The notes under the pieces: generated by a model | What the model saw: only the letters and a program-made list of their open reading frames with translations | The model's database searches: none | Told to the model about the DNA's origin: nothing | From: Candidatus Dormiibacterota bacterium | Lineage (GTDB): Bacteria > Chloroflexota > Dormibacteria > Aeolococcales > Aeolococcaceae | Assembly: GCA_963718525.1 (NCBI GenBank) | Contig: OY970355.1 | Span: 2,688,001 to 2,752,000, forward strand | Direction of reading: 5' to 3' | DNA length: 64,000 nt | Shown here: positions 9,638 through 19,909 of the stretch, one piece after another | Position numbering within the stretch: the stretch's first letter is position 1 | How the letters are laid out: each line of letters starts with the position of its first letter | Translations under genes and position numbers: made by a program

Positions 9638-10888
9638 GTGGATGATGGGTCGGTGAACTTCCTGTCGGGGTTGCACGGGGCTGTCGCGTTGGCGCTGCTG
9701 CCCGCGCTCCTCTTCGCCGAGGAGGCGGGAGTTCCCCTGCCCTTCGCTCCTGGCGAGCTGACCCTGCTCGTATCAGGCCTGCTCATCGCCTCGGGAGGGC
9801 TCAATCCGTTTGCATTCATTCCTCTCGCGCTGATTGCGTGTATCGCGGGATCACTGGTGGGGTACAGCTGGGCGCACGCCGTCGGCAGCCGCGCGCTCAT
9901 GGGGCTCGCGAAGCGCCTCCGCCAGCAGCGCAACCTCGAGCGCGTCGAGGGACGGCTCCGCACCGCGAGCTGGCAGAGGATCGCCATCAGCCGGTTGATC
10001 CCCGGGCTGCGCATCTACACCACGCTGGTGTCGGGGGCTGTCGGCGCTCCGCGGCGCTCCTTCATCCTCGCGATGGTCACATCCACGCTGGTCTGGGTCG
10101 GCGTCTACGTGGCACTCGGCATCCTGATCGGCGTGCCGGTCGAGCACTTCCTGGACCAGATCCAGAAACTCGCCGTTCAGGGAGCGATCCTCATCGTGAT
10201 GGGTGTCGGCTGCTACCTCGCCGTCCGCAAGACTCCCTCGTCGTCCGGCGCAGGGCTCGTTCGGGTGCCGCGCTGGGTTCGTGTGGTGCTCGCCGCTCTG
10301 GTCGACATCGGCGTCGTCGCGAGCATCGTGACCGGGCTTCTGGCGCTCGGCCGCCTCACCGGCGTCGGGTTCGGAAGCGGATGGGTGGACGCGGTGGTCG
10401 TCGTGCTGGTGGTTGCCGCCTTCTACGTCATCGTCGCCAGGCGCAGCGCGGGCGCGACGGCCGGCGAGGTCCTGCTCCAGACCAGCTATGTCAGCGGCCA
10501 CGGCCTGCCCCTCAAGCCACGTGCGGCTCTTGATGCCGTGCGCTCGCTGGTCAGCCGGTCGAACGACGAGCTCACCGCCACCAGTGACCTCCTCCACGCG
10601 CTCGGCGATCCCGACCGGCTGCGGATCGTGACGCAGCTGCTGGATCGTCCTCAAACGCTCGACGAGCTGGCGGCGAGAACCAAGCTCTCGGCGTTCGAGA
10701 TCCGGCACCAGCTGGATCGTTTCCAGTCAACCGGCGTGCTCGTGGTGAGCGGCCAGGAGCCCGACATGACCTACGCGATCCGACCGGACCTCCGCCACGT
10801 GCTCGCACAATTGCTGACGATCATCGAGTCGATGTCGGCCGGCGCGGCGCCGCGCGGGGCAGCGGCGGAAACCGCCGCCCAGGCCTGA
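9638..10888 (+). CDS. DedA + RDD-like + ArsR-type HTH fusion protein
   Basis: N-terminal EEAGVPLPFAPGE...SRLIPGLR (DedA); middle RVVLAALVD...GATAGEVLL (RDD-like); C-terminal ALGDPDRLRIV..L..EL..IRHQL (ArsR wHTH). Confidence 0.75.
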   Translation: MDDGSVNFLSGLHGAVALALLPALLFAEEAGVPLPFAPGELTLLVSGLLIASGGLNPFAFIPLALIACIAGSLVGYSWAHAVGSRALMGLAKRLRQQRNLERVEGRLRTASWQRIAISRLIPGLRIYTTLVSGAVGAPRRSFILAMVTSTLVWVGVYVALGILIGVPVEHFLDQIQKLAVQGAILIVMGVGCYLAVRKTPSSSGAGLVRVPRWVRVVLAALVDIGVVASIVTGLLALGRLTGVGFGSGWVDAVVVVLVVAAFYVIVARRSAGATAGEVLLQTSYVSGHGLPLKPRAALDAVRSLVSRSNDELTATSDLLHALGDPDRLRIVTQLLDRPQTLDELAARTKLSAFEIRHQLDRFQSTGVLVVSGQEPDMTYAIRPDLRHVLAQLLTIIESMSAGAAPRGAAAETAAQA

Positions 10889-10942
10889 CCCCGAGCTGGT
10901 CGTTTCGCGCAGCACGCACCTGAGGCATCCGCAGGGACGCGC

Positions 10943-11963
10943 TTACAGAGCCCCGACGACCAGCGCACACAGGGCGGCCATGGCTGCAGTTGCAGGGATG
11001 GTGAGCACCCAGGCGACAAGAATGTTCCGCGCGACGCCCCACCGCACCGCCCCGAGCCGGCGCGTCGCCCCCGCTCCCATCACGGCGCCCGAGACGACGT
11101 GTGTCGTGCTGACTGGGAGTGCCAGCTGGGTGGCGCCTTGAATCACCACCGCGGCCATGGTCTGGGCGCAGAAGCCATCGACCGGTTCGAGCCGGATAAC
11201 CTTCATGCCGAGCGTCCTGATGATCCGCCAGCCGCCGGCGTACGTCCCGAAGCCAATCGCCGACGCGGCCAGGAGCACCACCCAGAGTGGCGGTGACGGA
11301 AACAATTTGCCTCCCGCGGAGAGCACGCCCGCGCTGACCAGCGCGAGGGTGATCACTCCCATCGTCTTCTGGGCGTCGTTGGCCCCGTGCGAGAACGACA
11401 CGAATGCACCCGAAAGGATCTGCGCAACACGGAATCGGCGGTTCATCGGACTGGGGTGCGCGTGACGGAACAGGTTGAGGGTGAGCACCGTGAACAGATA
11501 CGCCAGGACAAGCCCGATGGCGGGCGATGCCACCAGCGCGATGACAACCGGAATGACCGATCCCCACTTCACCGATCCGACCCCGTAGGCGATCACCCCC
11601 ATCCCGATCAGGGCGCCGATCAGCGCGTGCGACGAGCTCGACGGCAACCCCAGCCGCCACGTGATGAGGTTCCAGGCGATCGCGCCGACCAGCGCGGCGA
11701 TGATCATGCCGAGTGCGACGCCGTGTTTCGGAGCGACCAGAACTCCCGATTGTGTTGGCGACATGCGTGTGCAAGATCTCGATGGCGAGCAGGGCACCAA
11801 GAAGGTTGAAGACAGCCGACATCGCGACGGCCACGCGCGGGCCGAGCGCACGCGTGCTGATCGACGTCGCCACTGCATTCGCGGTGTCGTGAAACCCGTT
11901 CGTGAAATCGAAGCCGAGCGCGATGACCACGGTCGCGATCAGGAGTACGTCGATGCCCGTCAC
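10943..11963 (-). pseudogene. PiT family inorganic phosphate transporter with a single-base frameshift near 11741
   Basis: N-terminal signature GFDFTNGFHDTANAVAT in one frame and GLPSSSSHALIG/HGANDAQK/PVSTTH in another; junction ATC GGG AGT T CTG GTC has one extra T. May be a sequencing error. Confidence 0.8.
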
Positions 11964-12580
11964 GCGTTCTTGATGATGATGCCTTCGATTACGTTGGCCA
12001 CGTCCTCGCAGCGATCGAGCGAGTCCTCCAGAAGTGCGTAGAAGTCCTTGAGCTTGATGATCGCCACCGCATCGTGGCCACCGCCGAACAGTTCGCCAAT
12101 CGCTCGTCGCGACTCGGAATCACCGATGTTCTCGATGCGATGGACCTCGATGCCGTGCTCGCTGATGCCGGCCTTCGAGTCGAGCTTCGAGACGGCGGCC
12201 TGGATCTGCACCGCGGCTTCAACGATCAGTGCCGCCATGGATTGTGCCGCCGGCGGGATCTCGGTGATGCCGTAGAGCAGGATCGTCTCCGCGATCTCAT
12301 CGATGTAATCAAGCACGTCGTCGAGACCCGAGCTCAGCGCGTAGATATCTTCACGGTCGAACGGCGTGATGAAGGTCCGGTGTAGCGTCTGGATGATCTC
12401 GTGCGTCAGCTCATCGCCGGCGTGCTCCAGATCCTTGATCGCGGCCTGGTGTGCGGGCATTCCCTCGATCCGATCCGCAAACGCCTCGGTCAACAGTCGA
12501 GCTGCCGCCACGACGTTGCCGGCCTGGCGATCGAAGAGTTCGTAGAACCTGCGTTCACGGCGCAGCAGACTGATCGGCAT
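11960..12580 (-). CDS. DUF47 family phosphate transport regulator
   Basis: EHAGDE, TFITPFDREDI, DRCEDVAN; overlaps the pit start. Confidence 0.9.
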   Translation of the reverse strand: MPISLLRRERRFYELFDRQAGNVVAAARLLTEAFADRIEGMPAHQAAIKDLEHAGDELTHEIIQTLHRTFITPFDREDIYALSSGLDDVLDYIDEIAETILLYGITEIPPAAQSMAALIVEAAVQIQAAVSKLDSKAGISEHGIEVHRIENIGDSESRRAIGELFGGGHDAVAIIKLKDFYALLEDSLDRCEDVANVIEGIIIKNA

Positions 12581-12693
12581 GGACGGGCAGATCCTACCCG
12601 AAGCACTATCGAGCTCTCGCCTCGAGGCGAAGGCCCGATGGCTGCGACGGGCATGTCACCCGCGCGGCACAGAACGCCGAATCTCACGCCCGG

Positions 12694-14529
12694 TTGCGCT
12701 GGAAGCAGCGAATCTACCGTCGAGGCTCCGCCCCGAGCCAGTGGTCATGTCATTGCGGGGAGGGGATCCCGCGGGGGGTCGGTCACATCGCCAGCGAAAC
12801 CCGGACGCCCACACCGGACGAACCTCCGGCCGGCCACCAGTGGCAGCGTCGACCGGTACTGAGCCTGCTCGTCCGCGCGGCGGTTGTTGTCGTTCCTGCC
12901 GTTGGCGGGATCGCAGCTGGAACCCTCATCACACGCGTGCTGCCGCGGCCCGACGGCTTTGGATCCGCAGCCCTGTCGTTCGCCACCGTGAGCCTCGTGA
13001 TGCTGGTGACGATCATCGCGATGGAGCGCGCGGGGCGGCGTCTCCTGCCCCTTGCGGCGTTGCTCAACCTGTCGCTGCTCTTCCCCGATCGCGCACCGAA
13101 GCGCTTCGCGGTGGCTCGTCGGGTCGGCAAGCCGCGCGATCTCCAGCGCCAGCTGCATGAAGCGCACGCCAGGGGCAACACCGGCGGAGAGGTCGCGCAC
13201 ATGCAGACCGTGCTGGAACTCGTTGCGGCGCTCAGCGTGCACGATCGCCAGACCCGCGGACATTCGGAACGAGTCCGCGTGTTTGCGGACCTGATCGCCG
13301 ACGAGATGAAGCTTGCGCCTGCTGATCGAGCGCGCCTGCGGTGGGCGTCGCTGTTGCACGACATCGGCAAGCTCATGGTGCCGGCGAAGATCCTTTCCAA
13401 GCCGGCAAAGCTGAACGAGTCCGAGATGGACACGATTCGACGCCATCCCGATGAGGGCGCTCGTCTCATCGGCCCTCCCCTGATTGCGTGGCTCGGGGAG
13501 TGGGCGGGCGCCGTCCCGCATCACCACGAGCGTTTCGACGGTCGGGGGTATCCACGCGGGCTCGCGGGGAATGAGATCTCGCTGGCCGGCCGCATCGTCG
13601 CGGTGGCTGACTCCTATGAGGTCATGACCGCGGTTCGTCCGTACCGCAAGCCGATCGGCGTTTCAGCTGCTCGTCAGGAACTCGTCAAGTGCTCGGGGGC
13701 GCAGTTCGATCCGCTTGTCGTGCGTGCCTTCCTCAACATCTCCATGGGACGGCTCTGGCGTGTTGTCGGGCTCGGGTCGTGGATTGCCCAGCTGCCGGTG
13801 ATCGGCTGGATCGACAGGCTTGGATGGAACTGGGGTGCAGCGGTCATGTCCGGGACGACGGCGATCGGCCTGACCGTGCCCGCGGCGCTCCCCAGGATGA
13901 CGCCGTTTGCCCTGCCCACGTCGGGCATTTCGACCGTCTCGACCGGCGCTCCCCCCGGTCACAGTCACATCGGATCAGATCCCGCCGTGCCGGCGGCATC
14001 GATCGGCGCCGCGCCGTCAGGACCGTCCAAGACCAGCGGATCTCCCTCGGGATCCACCGGGCCAACCGGCTCGACGGGGCCGACCGGCAGCATACCGAGC
14101 TCCAACCCCGTCCCCACCCCTGGGACGCAACCCTCTCCGTCGCGCAGTCCGGGGTCGACGCCGAGCGGCAGTCCCTCGTCGCCGACGCCGGCACCGACCG
14201 GCGGTCCCACGCCGACGCCCGCCCCCACCCCGACGCCGCAACCGGATCAACCGCCCGTGGTGACCATCAATGCCGGCGGGCTCGCCGTGCTCGGTGGCTT
14301 CAGCGGCTCAGGCAGTTTCACGGACCCCGACCCGGGCGCTGACTCCTTCACTGCGACGGTGAGTTATGACATTGGCGGCCCAACAGTGCCGCTCGCCATC
14401 ACCAATCAGACGTTCACGCTCTCACACAGGTACGGTGGGCTCCTCGGGAACCACACCGTCACGGTCACCGTGACCGACAGCGAAGGGATGTCCGGTAGCG
14501 CCACGGTAACCGTCAACGTGCTTCTCTGA
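12694..14529 (+). CDS. Membrane HD-GYP phosphodiesterase with Pro/Thr/Ser-rich stalk and C-terminal PKD/Ig-like domain
   Basis: TRGHSERV, LLHDIGK, HHERFDGRGYP, AVADSYEVMT; flanking TM helices; PTPAPTPTP linker; start uncertain (see findings). Confidence 0.85.
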   Translation: MRWKQRIYRRGSAPSQWSCHCGEGIPRGVGHIASETRTPTPDEPPAGHQWQRRPVLSLLVRAAVVVVPAVGGIAAGTLITRVLPRPDGFGSAALSFATVSLVMLVTIIAMERAGRRLLPLAALLNLSLLFPDRAPKRFAVARRVGKPRDLQRQLHEAHARGNTGGEVAHMQTVLELVAALSVHDRQTRGHSERVRVFADLIADEMKLAPADRARLRWASLLHDIGKLMVPAKILSKPAKLNESEMDTIRRHPDEGARLIGPPLIAWLGEWAGAVPHHHERFDGRGYPRGLAGNEISLAGRIVAVADSYEVMTAVRPYRKPIGVSAARQELVKCSGAQFDPLVVRAFLNISMGRLWRVVGLGSWIAQLPVIGWIDRLGWNWGAAVMSGTTAIGLTVPAALPRMTPFALPTSGISTVSTGAPPGHSHIGSDPAVPAASIGAAPSGPSKTSGSPSGSTGPTGSTGPTGSIPSSNPVPTPGTQPSPSRSPGSTPSGSPSSPTPAPTGGPTPTPAPTPTPQPDQPPVVTINAGGLAVLGGFSGSGSFTDPDPGADSFTATVSYDIGGPTVPLAITNQTFTLSHRYGGLLGNHTVTVTVTDSEGMSGSATVTVNVLL

Positions 14530-14633
14530 CCCTCCCACACCGCCTGTATAATCGGGCCGAGCCAGAGCCAATTGCGGTCGCTCCCTTGCACTGTGGCGAT
14601 GCGAGGATCCTGACAGGCCAGTGAGGAGAAAGT

Positions 14634-15788
14634 GTGCTGCAAGCAACTCGCGCCGACCGCTTTTCGTTCGGTCTCTGGACGGTAGGCTGGCAGGGCGTCG
14701 ACGTTTTCGGCACGGCCGTGCGTCCTCCACTGGATCCCGAGGTGGCCGTCGGTCGACTCGCGGAGCTGGGTGCATACGGGGTGAGCTTTCACGACAACGA
14801 TGTCTTTCCCTTCGGCGCGACGGTCGCGGAGAAGGGTCTGGCAATCACGCGGCTGCGCAAGGCCGTTGACCACACCGGCCTGGTGGTGCCGATGGTGACC
14901 ACCAATCTGTTCTCACATCCGGTATTCCGCGATGGCGCGTTTACCAACAACGATCGGGACGTGCGTCGCTTCGCACTCCGAAAGGTGGCCGACAATCTCG
15001 ATCTCGCCGCCGAGTTGGGTGCGGGCATCGTGGTGTTCTGGGGCGGCCGTGAGGGCGCGGAGTTGGGTGCTGCCAAGGATGTTCGCGCCGCGCTCGATCG
15101 CTACAAGGAAGCCTTTGACATCCTCACCGGCTACGTGATCGAACACTGCTACACGATGCGTTTCGCCATCGAGCCCAAGCCGAACGAGCCTCGCGGCGAC
15201 ATCTTTCTGCCGACCATCGGACACGCACTCGCCTTCATCAATGAGTTGGAACATTCGGACATGGTCGGCCTCAACCCGGAGGTCGGCCACGAGGAGATGG
15301 CCAGCCTCAACTTCGCGCACGGACTTGCTCAGGCGCTCTGGCACGGCAAGCTGTTTCACGTCGATCTCAACGGTCAAAACGGCCCCCGCTACGACCAGGA
15401 TCTCCGCTTTGGCGCGGGCAATGCGCGTGGCGCCTTCTGGACCGTGGACATCCTCGAATCGGGAGGCTACGAGGGACCGCGCCATTTCGACTTCAAGCCA
15501 CCGCGAACCGAGGACATGGACGGGGTGTGGGACAGCGCTGCGGCGTGCATGCACAACTACCTGGTGCTCCGGGATCGGACGCGCGCGTTCCGATCCGACC
15601 CCGAGGTACGCGCCGCGCTGGTCGCCGCGCGGCTCGACGAGCTGGCGCAGACCACACTTGCTCCCGGAGAGACGCTCAGCTCGATGCGCTCCGAGACGTT
15701 CGATATCGACGCAGCCGCAGCACGGGGCATGGCATTCGAACGGCTGGACCAGCTGGCGCTTGACTTTCTCTACGGCATCCGTACCTAG
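14634..15788 (+). CDS. xylA: Xylose isomerase (Streptomyces-type)
   Basis: [47 protein letters not shown]. Confidence 0.96.
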   Translation: MLQATRADRFSFGLWTVGWQGVDVFGTAVRPPLDPEVAVGRLAELGAYGVSFHDNDVFPFGATVAEKGLAITRLRKAVDHTGLVVPMVTTNLFSHPVFRDGAFTNNDRDVRRFALRKVADNLDLAAELGAGIVVFWGGREGAELGAAKDVRAALDRYKEAFDILTGYVIEHCYTMRFAIEPKPNEPRGDIFLPTIGHALAFINELEHSDMVGLNPEVGHEEMASLNFAHGLAQALWHGKLFHVDLNGQNGPRYDQDLRFGAGNARGAFWTVDILESGGYEGPRHFDFKPPRTEDMDGVWDSAAACMHNYLVLRDRTRAFRSDPEVRAALVAARLDELAQTTLAPGETLSSMRSETFDIDAAAARGMAFERLDQLALDFLYGIRT

Positions 15789-15851
15789 CGTCGTGTCGCT
15801 GCAGTCCCGGCGGCGCCAAGGCGGTGCGTCGCGCTCGGAGCCTGCATCTCG

Positions 15852-17312
15852 ATGACGGCGTCCGCACTGGTCGGCATCGACATCGGAACCTCGTCTGCCA
15901 AAGGCATCGCCGTCGACCCCGAGTCCGGGACCGTGCTGGCCGTGGCGGAGCATGAGTACCCGGTCAGCTCACCGCGCGTGGGATGGATGGAGCAGCAGCC
16001 GGAGTTGTGGCTCACGGCGACGCACAACGTCCTCGACGGCCTGAGGAGTGCTGTGCCGGAGATTCTCGGCATCGGCTTCTCGGGTCAGATGCACGGACTG
16101 GTTTGCCTGGACGCTGACGATGCGGTGATCCGCCCCGCGATCCTCTGGAACGACCAGCGCTCCGCGCCCCAGTGCGTTGCGCTGGAGGCCGGGGCAGGGC
16201 TCGCCCGTCTGCTGCGGCTGACCGGCAACCGTGCCCTGCCCGGGTTCACCGCCCCAAAGCTGCTCTGGATGCGCGAGAACGAGCCCGAGGCGTACTCGCG
16301 GATTCGCAGCATCTGCCTGCCCAAGGACTACGTGCGCGATCAACTGGTGGGCGGGCGCCGTATGGACGTCGCGGATGCCTCGGGGACGCTGCTGCTCGAG
16401 GTCGGCAGGCGCCGCTGGAGCACCGAGTTGCTCACCGATCTGGACATTCCCGCGTCGTGGCTGCCCGAGCTGGCCGAGAGTCCCGATGCGGTCGGCGAGC
16501 TCGACGGCGTGCCGGTCGCGGCCGGGGCGGGCGATCAGGCTGCGGCCGCTGTCGGCGCCGGGATCACGAGCCCCGGACCGCTGTCGGTTGTCCTCGGCAC
16601 CTCGGGTGTCGTGCTGGCCGCGACCGATCACTTCCTTGCCGATATCGAGGGACGGGTCCACGCCTTCTGCCATGCGAGCCCCGATCGCTGGCTGGTTATG
16701 GGAGTGATGCTCTCCGCCGCCGGCTCACTCGCCTGGTACCACGACACGATGTTGCCCGGGGTCGACTACGACGCGATGCTCGGCGAGGCCGAGCATGCGC
16801 CGGCGGGTTCGAACGGGCTCGTCTTTCTTCCCTATCTCGCGGGCGAACGGACGCCCTACGCCGACCCGGATGCGCGCGGCGCGTTCTGCGGCCTTTCGAT
16901 CACGCACGAGCGTGGGACGCTCACTCGCGCCGTGCTGGAGGGTGTGGCGTTTGCCCTGCGCGACTGTCTCGACGTGGTGCATGACGTCGGCGCGATCGCC
17001 ACGCGAGGCCGGGTTTCCGGTGGCGGTTCGAGGAGCCGCCTCTGGCTGCGGATCGTCGCCAGTGCGCTCGGGATCCCGCTGGACATCATGGCGACGGATC
17101 AGGGATCGGCGTTTGGCGCGGCACTGCTCGGCGGCGTTGCGGCGGGGGTGTACCGCGACCTCGAGGAGGCGGCCACCGCGTGCGTTCGCGTGATCGAGGT
17201 CGTCGATCCGGTCGCCGAGTGGATCGAGCCCTACGAGGAGGCACGCCGCCGCTTTCGCGACTACTATCCGGCGCTTCGCTCCGTCACGTCGCCCGGCCGC
17301 TCGTCAGGCTGA
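15852..17312 (+). CDS. xylB: Xylulokinase
   Basis: GIDIGTSS, SGQMHG, ILWNDQR, AGDQAA, PYLAGERTP; follows xylA. Confidence 0.93.
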   Translation: MTASALVGIDIGTSSAKGIAVDPESGTVLAVAEHEYPVSSPRVGWMEQQPELWLTATHNVLDGLRSAVPEILGIGFSGQMHGLVCLDADDAVIRPAILWNDQRSAPQCVALEAGAGLARLLRLTGNRALPGFTAPKLLWMRENEPEAYSRIRSICLPKDYVRDQLVGGRRMDVADASGTLLLEVGRRRWSTELLTDLDIPASWLPELAESPDAVGELDGVPVAAGAGDQAAAAVGAGITSPGPLSVVLGTSGVVLAATDHFLADIEGRVHAFCHASPDRWLVMGVMLSAAGSLAWYHDTMLPGVDYDAMLGEAEHAPAGSNGLVFLPYLAGERTPYADPDARGAFCGLSITHERGTLTRAVLEGVAFALRDCLDVVHDVGAIATRGRVSGGGSRSRLWLRIVASALGIPLDIMATDQGSAFGAALLGGVAAGVYRDLEEAATACVRVIEVVDPVAEWIEPYEEARRRFRDYYPALRSVTSPGRSSG

Positions 17313-18521
17313 TCGCCGCTCGGCGGTCCGGGGCGGCACCAGGGTCGGCTCGTCGAGAACCCGCGTCAGGGCCAGCTCCGCCGCACCCAGCAACGGACCG
17401 TCCTCGCCAAGCTGCGTCGGCCTGATCAGGTCGTCGACGCCGAGCACCGGCGCCATGACTCGTGCGCGCAGCTCCGCGTGGACGATGTCCTCGACCAGCG
17501 GCCACATCGTCGCCAGGAAACCGCCGAGCACCACACGCTGTGGGTTGAAGACGTTGACCAGGCCGGCCAGTCCGGTCCCGAGCCAGCGGCCGACGTCCTC
17601 GACGGCTTCGACGGCAACCGGGTCGCCCCACGATGCGTCACGGAGCAGGCGGGTGACCGCCTCGGGCTTGTAGTTCCTCTCCGCAATCCCGATGCGGCGC
17701 AGCATGGCTGGACCGCCGATCTCAGTCTCCCAGCAGCCGATCGCGCCGCACCGGCAGTGGACCCCGTTCGGGTTGACCTGGACGTGCCCCACCTCTCCGG
17801 CGCAGCCCGCCGCGCCGACCAGTGGCCGCCCGTCGATGACCAGGCCACCGCCGACCCCGACCTCACTGGTGACGTAGATGAGGTGGCGCACGCCAACCCC
17901 CGCGCCCCAGGTGTGCTCCGCCAGGGCCCCGAGATCCGCCTCGTTGGCAATGACGACCGGCAGCCCGGAGCCCAGCCGGTCAGAGACCAGACGTCCGAGC
18001 GGGACATCTCGCCATCCGAGGTTCGGCGCGAAGTGCACCAGGCCGTCCGCCCGGCTGACCACTCCCGCGACGGCGATGCCGAGACCTGCGACCCAGCAGC
18101 CGGCGGGAATCGAGGCAAGGGCGGTCTGAATGAGCTTGCCGACGTCCTCGATGGTCTGGTCGACCGCCAGCCGGCGTGGCTGATGGGGCGCTCGGGCGCG
18201 GTGCAGAATCCGCCCGCCCAGGCCGACGACCGCCGCGGAGAGCGAGTTGACGGCGATCTCGGCGGTGATGACCGCTGCGCCTTGGGGATTGGGCCGTGCC
18301 ACGAGGGATGGCCGTCCGGGCGACCCCAGGCGCGCGGGGTCTCCTTCCTCGACGAGGCCGCGGGCTCGAAGGTCCGCGACGAGCTCGCCGATCGTGCTCC
18401 GTGTCATCCCGAGCGCGCCGCCGATCTCTGACCGGGAGAGAGCACCGGACTGGTGGAGATGACGGAGCAGCAGGCTCAGGTTGTGGCGCCGGACGGACTC
18501 GGGAGAGGCCATCGGGCTCAT
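17304..18521 (-). CDS. xylR: ROK family repressor (XylR-like)
   Basis: VRRHNL..SRSEI..HTH, GRP, NEADLGALAE, AGEVGH, CRCGAIGCWE; start trimmed to MSPMASPES. Confidence 0.85.
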   Translation of the reverse strand: MSPMASPESVRRHNLSLLLRHLHQSGALSRSEIGGALGMTRSTIGELVADLRARGLVEEGDPARLGSPGRPSLVARPNPQGAAVITAEIAVNSLSAAVVGLGGRILHRARAPHQPRRLAVDQTIEDVGKLIQTALASIPAGCWVAGLGIAVAGVVSRADGLVHFAPNLGWRDVPLGRLVSDRLGSGLPVVIANEADLGALAEHTWGAGVGVRHLIYVTSEVGVGGGLVIDGRPLVGAAGCAGEVGHVQVNPNGVHCRCGAIGCWETEIGGPAMLRRIGIAERNYKPEAVTRLLRDASWGDPVAVEAVEDVGRWLGTGLAGLVNVFNPQRVVLGGFLATMWPLVEDIVHAELRARVMAPVLGVDDLIRPTQLGEDGPLLGAAELALTRVLDEPTLVPPRTAERRSA

Positions 18522-18550
18522 CGGACGCTCATCCCACCCACCTTCTGATG

Positions 18551-19909
18551 TCAGCCCCGGAGCTGCGCGCCGCGGCGGGAGAGGACATCGATCAGGCCGG
18601 CGGCCAGCAGCACGAGTGCGACCACGATGGCGATCCACTCGGAGGTGACTCCGAGCAGGTACAGCCCGTTGTAGATGCCGCCGATGATCAGGCCGCCGAG
18701 CACGCCGTGCAGGGTCTTGCCCTTGCCGCCGAACAGGCTCGTACCGCCGATGACCGCGGCGGCCACCGCGAGGAGCACGTAGCTGTTGGCATCCTTGATG
18801 ACGTTGGTCGTGATCGAGACCTGCCAGGACGCGAAGAACACACCCGCGATGCCGGCGGTCAGCGAGGCGAGGACGAAGCCCCAGGTGCGGATGGTGGGCA
18901 GGTTGATACCGGCTCGGCGGGCGGCCTCCGAGTTGCCGCCGATCGCATAGACATAGCGACCGAAGCGAGTGCGCTGGAGGAGGATCGTCCATCCGACCAG
19001 GACGACGAGCACCAGCGGAATGATGTAGGGCAGGCCCACGATGGTCCCGAAGTGCGCGCGGTTCACGTTGCACAATGCGACGACCACGACCCCGGCGGCG
19101 GCGCCGAGCAGGATCTTCATGGCGGTGAGGCTGGCGGGCGGCGCCACGAGACCCGAGCGGCGGCGGCGGGCATCAGCGAACCACACGACACCGCCGCCGA
19201 GCAGGCCGGCGACAGCCAGCAGGATCCAGCTGATCGTGGGGTCGAACCTCCCGTAGAAGATGTCGTAGATGACCACCTCGTTGGTGAACCGGGAGTTGCC
19301 GATGCCGACGAGGCTACCGCCGAGCACGATGATCGCCACCCCCTCGAGCACGAGAAGACCGCCCAACGTGACGATGAACGACGGCATCTTGACGCGGGCA
19401 ACCAGGGTTCCCTGAATCAGACCCACGGCCGAGCAGATCAGCAACGCGACGATGATCGCGAGCCACCATGGCCAGTTCAGGCCGGCGGGCTGCACCTCCT
19501 CGGCGACGAGGACCGCGCCCAGTCCCATGACCAGACCCACGGAGAGGTCGATCTCGCCGAGGAGCAGCGCGAAGATCTCCGCCATGGCGAGCAGCATGTA
19601 GATGGTGCTTTGCTCGAAGAGGTTGACCAGGTTCTGCGGCGACAGGAACTTGCCGTTGGCAATCTGAAAGGCGACGGCGACGACGATGATGCCGAGGAGG
19701 ACGGGAAGGACGCCGCTGTCGCCGCTGCGGACGCGCTGCCACCAGGCGCGCAGATATTGCCCGAGGGACTGGGCGAGGATCTCCGGGGGCACCTCGGCGA
19801 CGGCCGCACCCGAGGCCGCCGCGGTGAGGTCGACGATCGGCTCGGCGGGGGCCGGCTCGGCGGCGGCGATCGGCGGGTCGTTCTCTCTCCCAGCCATGGC
19901 TTCAGACAC
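18551..19909 (-). CDS. Sugar ABC transporter permease (XylH-like), copy A
   Basis: LLGEIDLSVG, PSFIVTLGG, GRYVYAIGGN.EAARRAGI, AAAVIGGTSLFGG. Confidence 0.9.
   Translation of the reverse strand: MSEAMAGRENDPPIAAAEPAPAEPIVDLTAAASGAAVAEVPPEILAQSLGQYLRAWWQRVRSGDSGVLPVLLGIIVVAVAFQIANGKFLSPQNLVNLFEQSTIYMLLAMAEIFALLLGEIDLSVGLVMGLGAVLVAEEVQPAGLNWPWWLAIIVALLICSAVGLIQGTLVARVKMPSFIVTLGGLLVLEGVAIIVLGGSLVGIGNSRFTNEVVIYDIFYGRFDPTISWILLAVAGLLGGGVVWFADARRRRSGLVAPPASLTAMKILLGAAAGVVVVALCNVNRAHFGTIVGLPYIIPLVLVVLVGWTILLQRTRFGRYVYAIGGNSEAARRAGINLPTIRTWGFVLASLTAGIAGVFFASWQVSITTNVIKDANSYVLLAVAAAVIGGTSLFGGKGKTLHGVLGGLIIGGIYNGLYLLGVTSEWIAIVVALVLLAAGLIDVLSRRGAQLRG

Noticed and set aside
14030-14250. Short tandem-like repeats (ccgacgcc, accgg)
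   Set aside because: They encode the GSTGPT/PTPAPT low-complexity linker of the HD-GYP protein
17304-19073. 589-aa ROK ORF as given in the track
   Set aside because: The first ~180 aa overlap the permease in another frame; the ROK HTH begins at MSPMASPES (18521)
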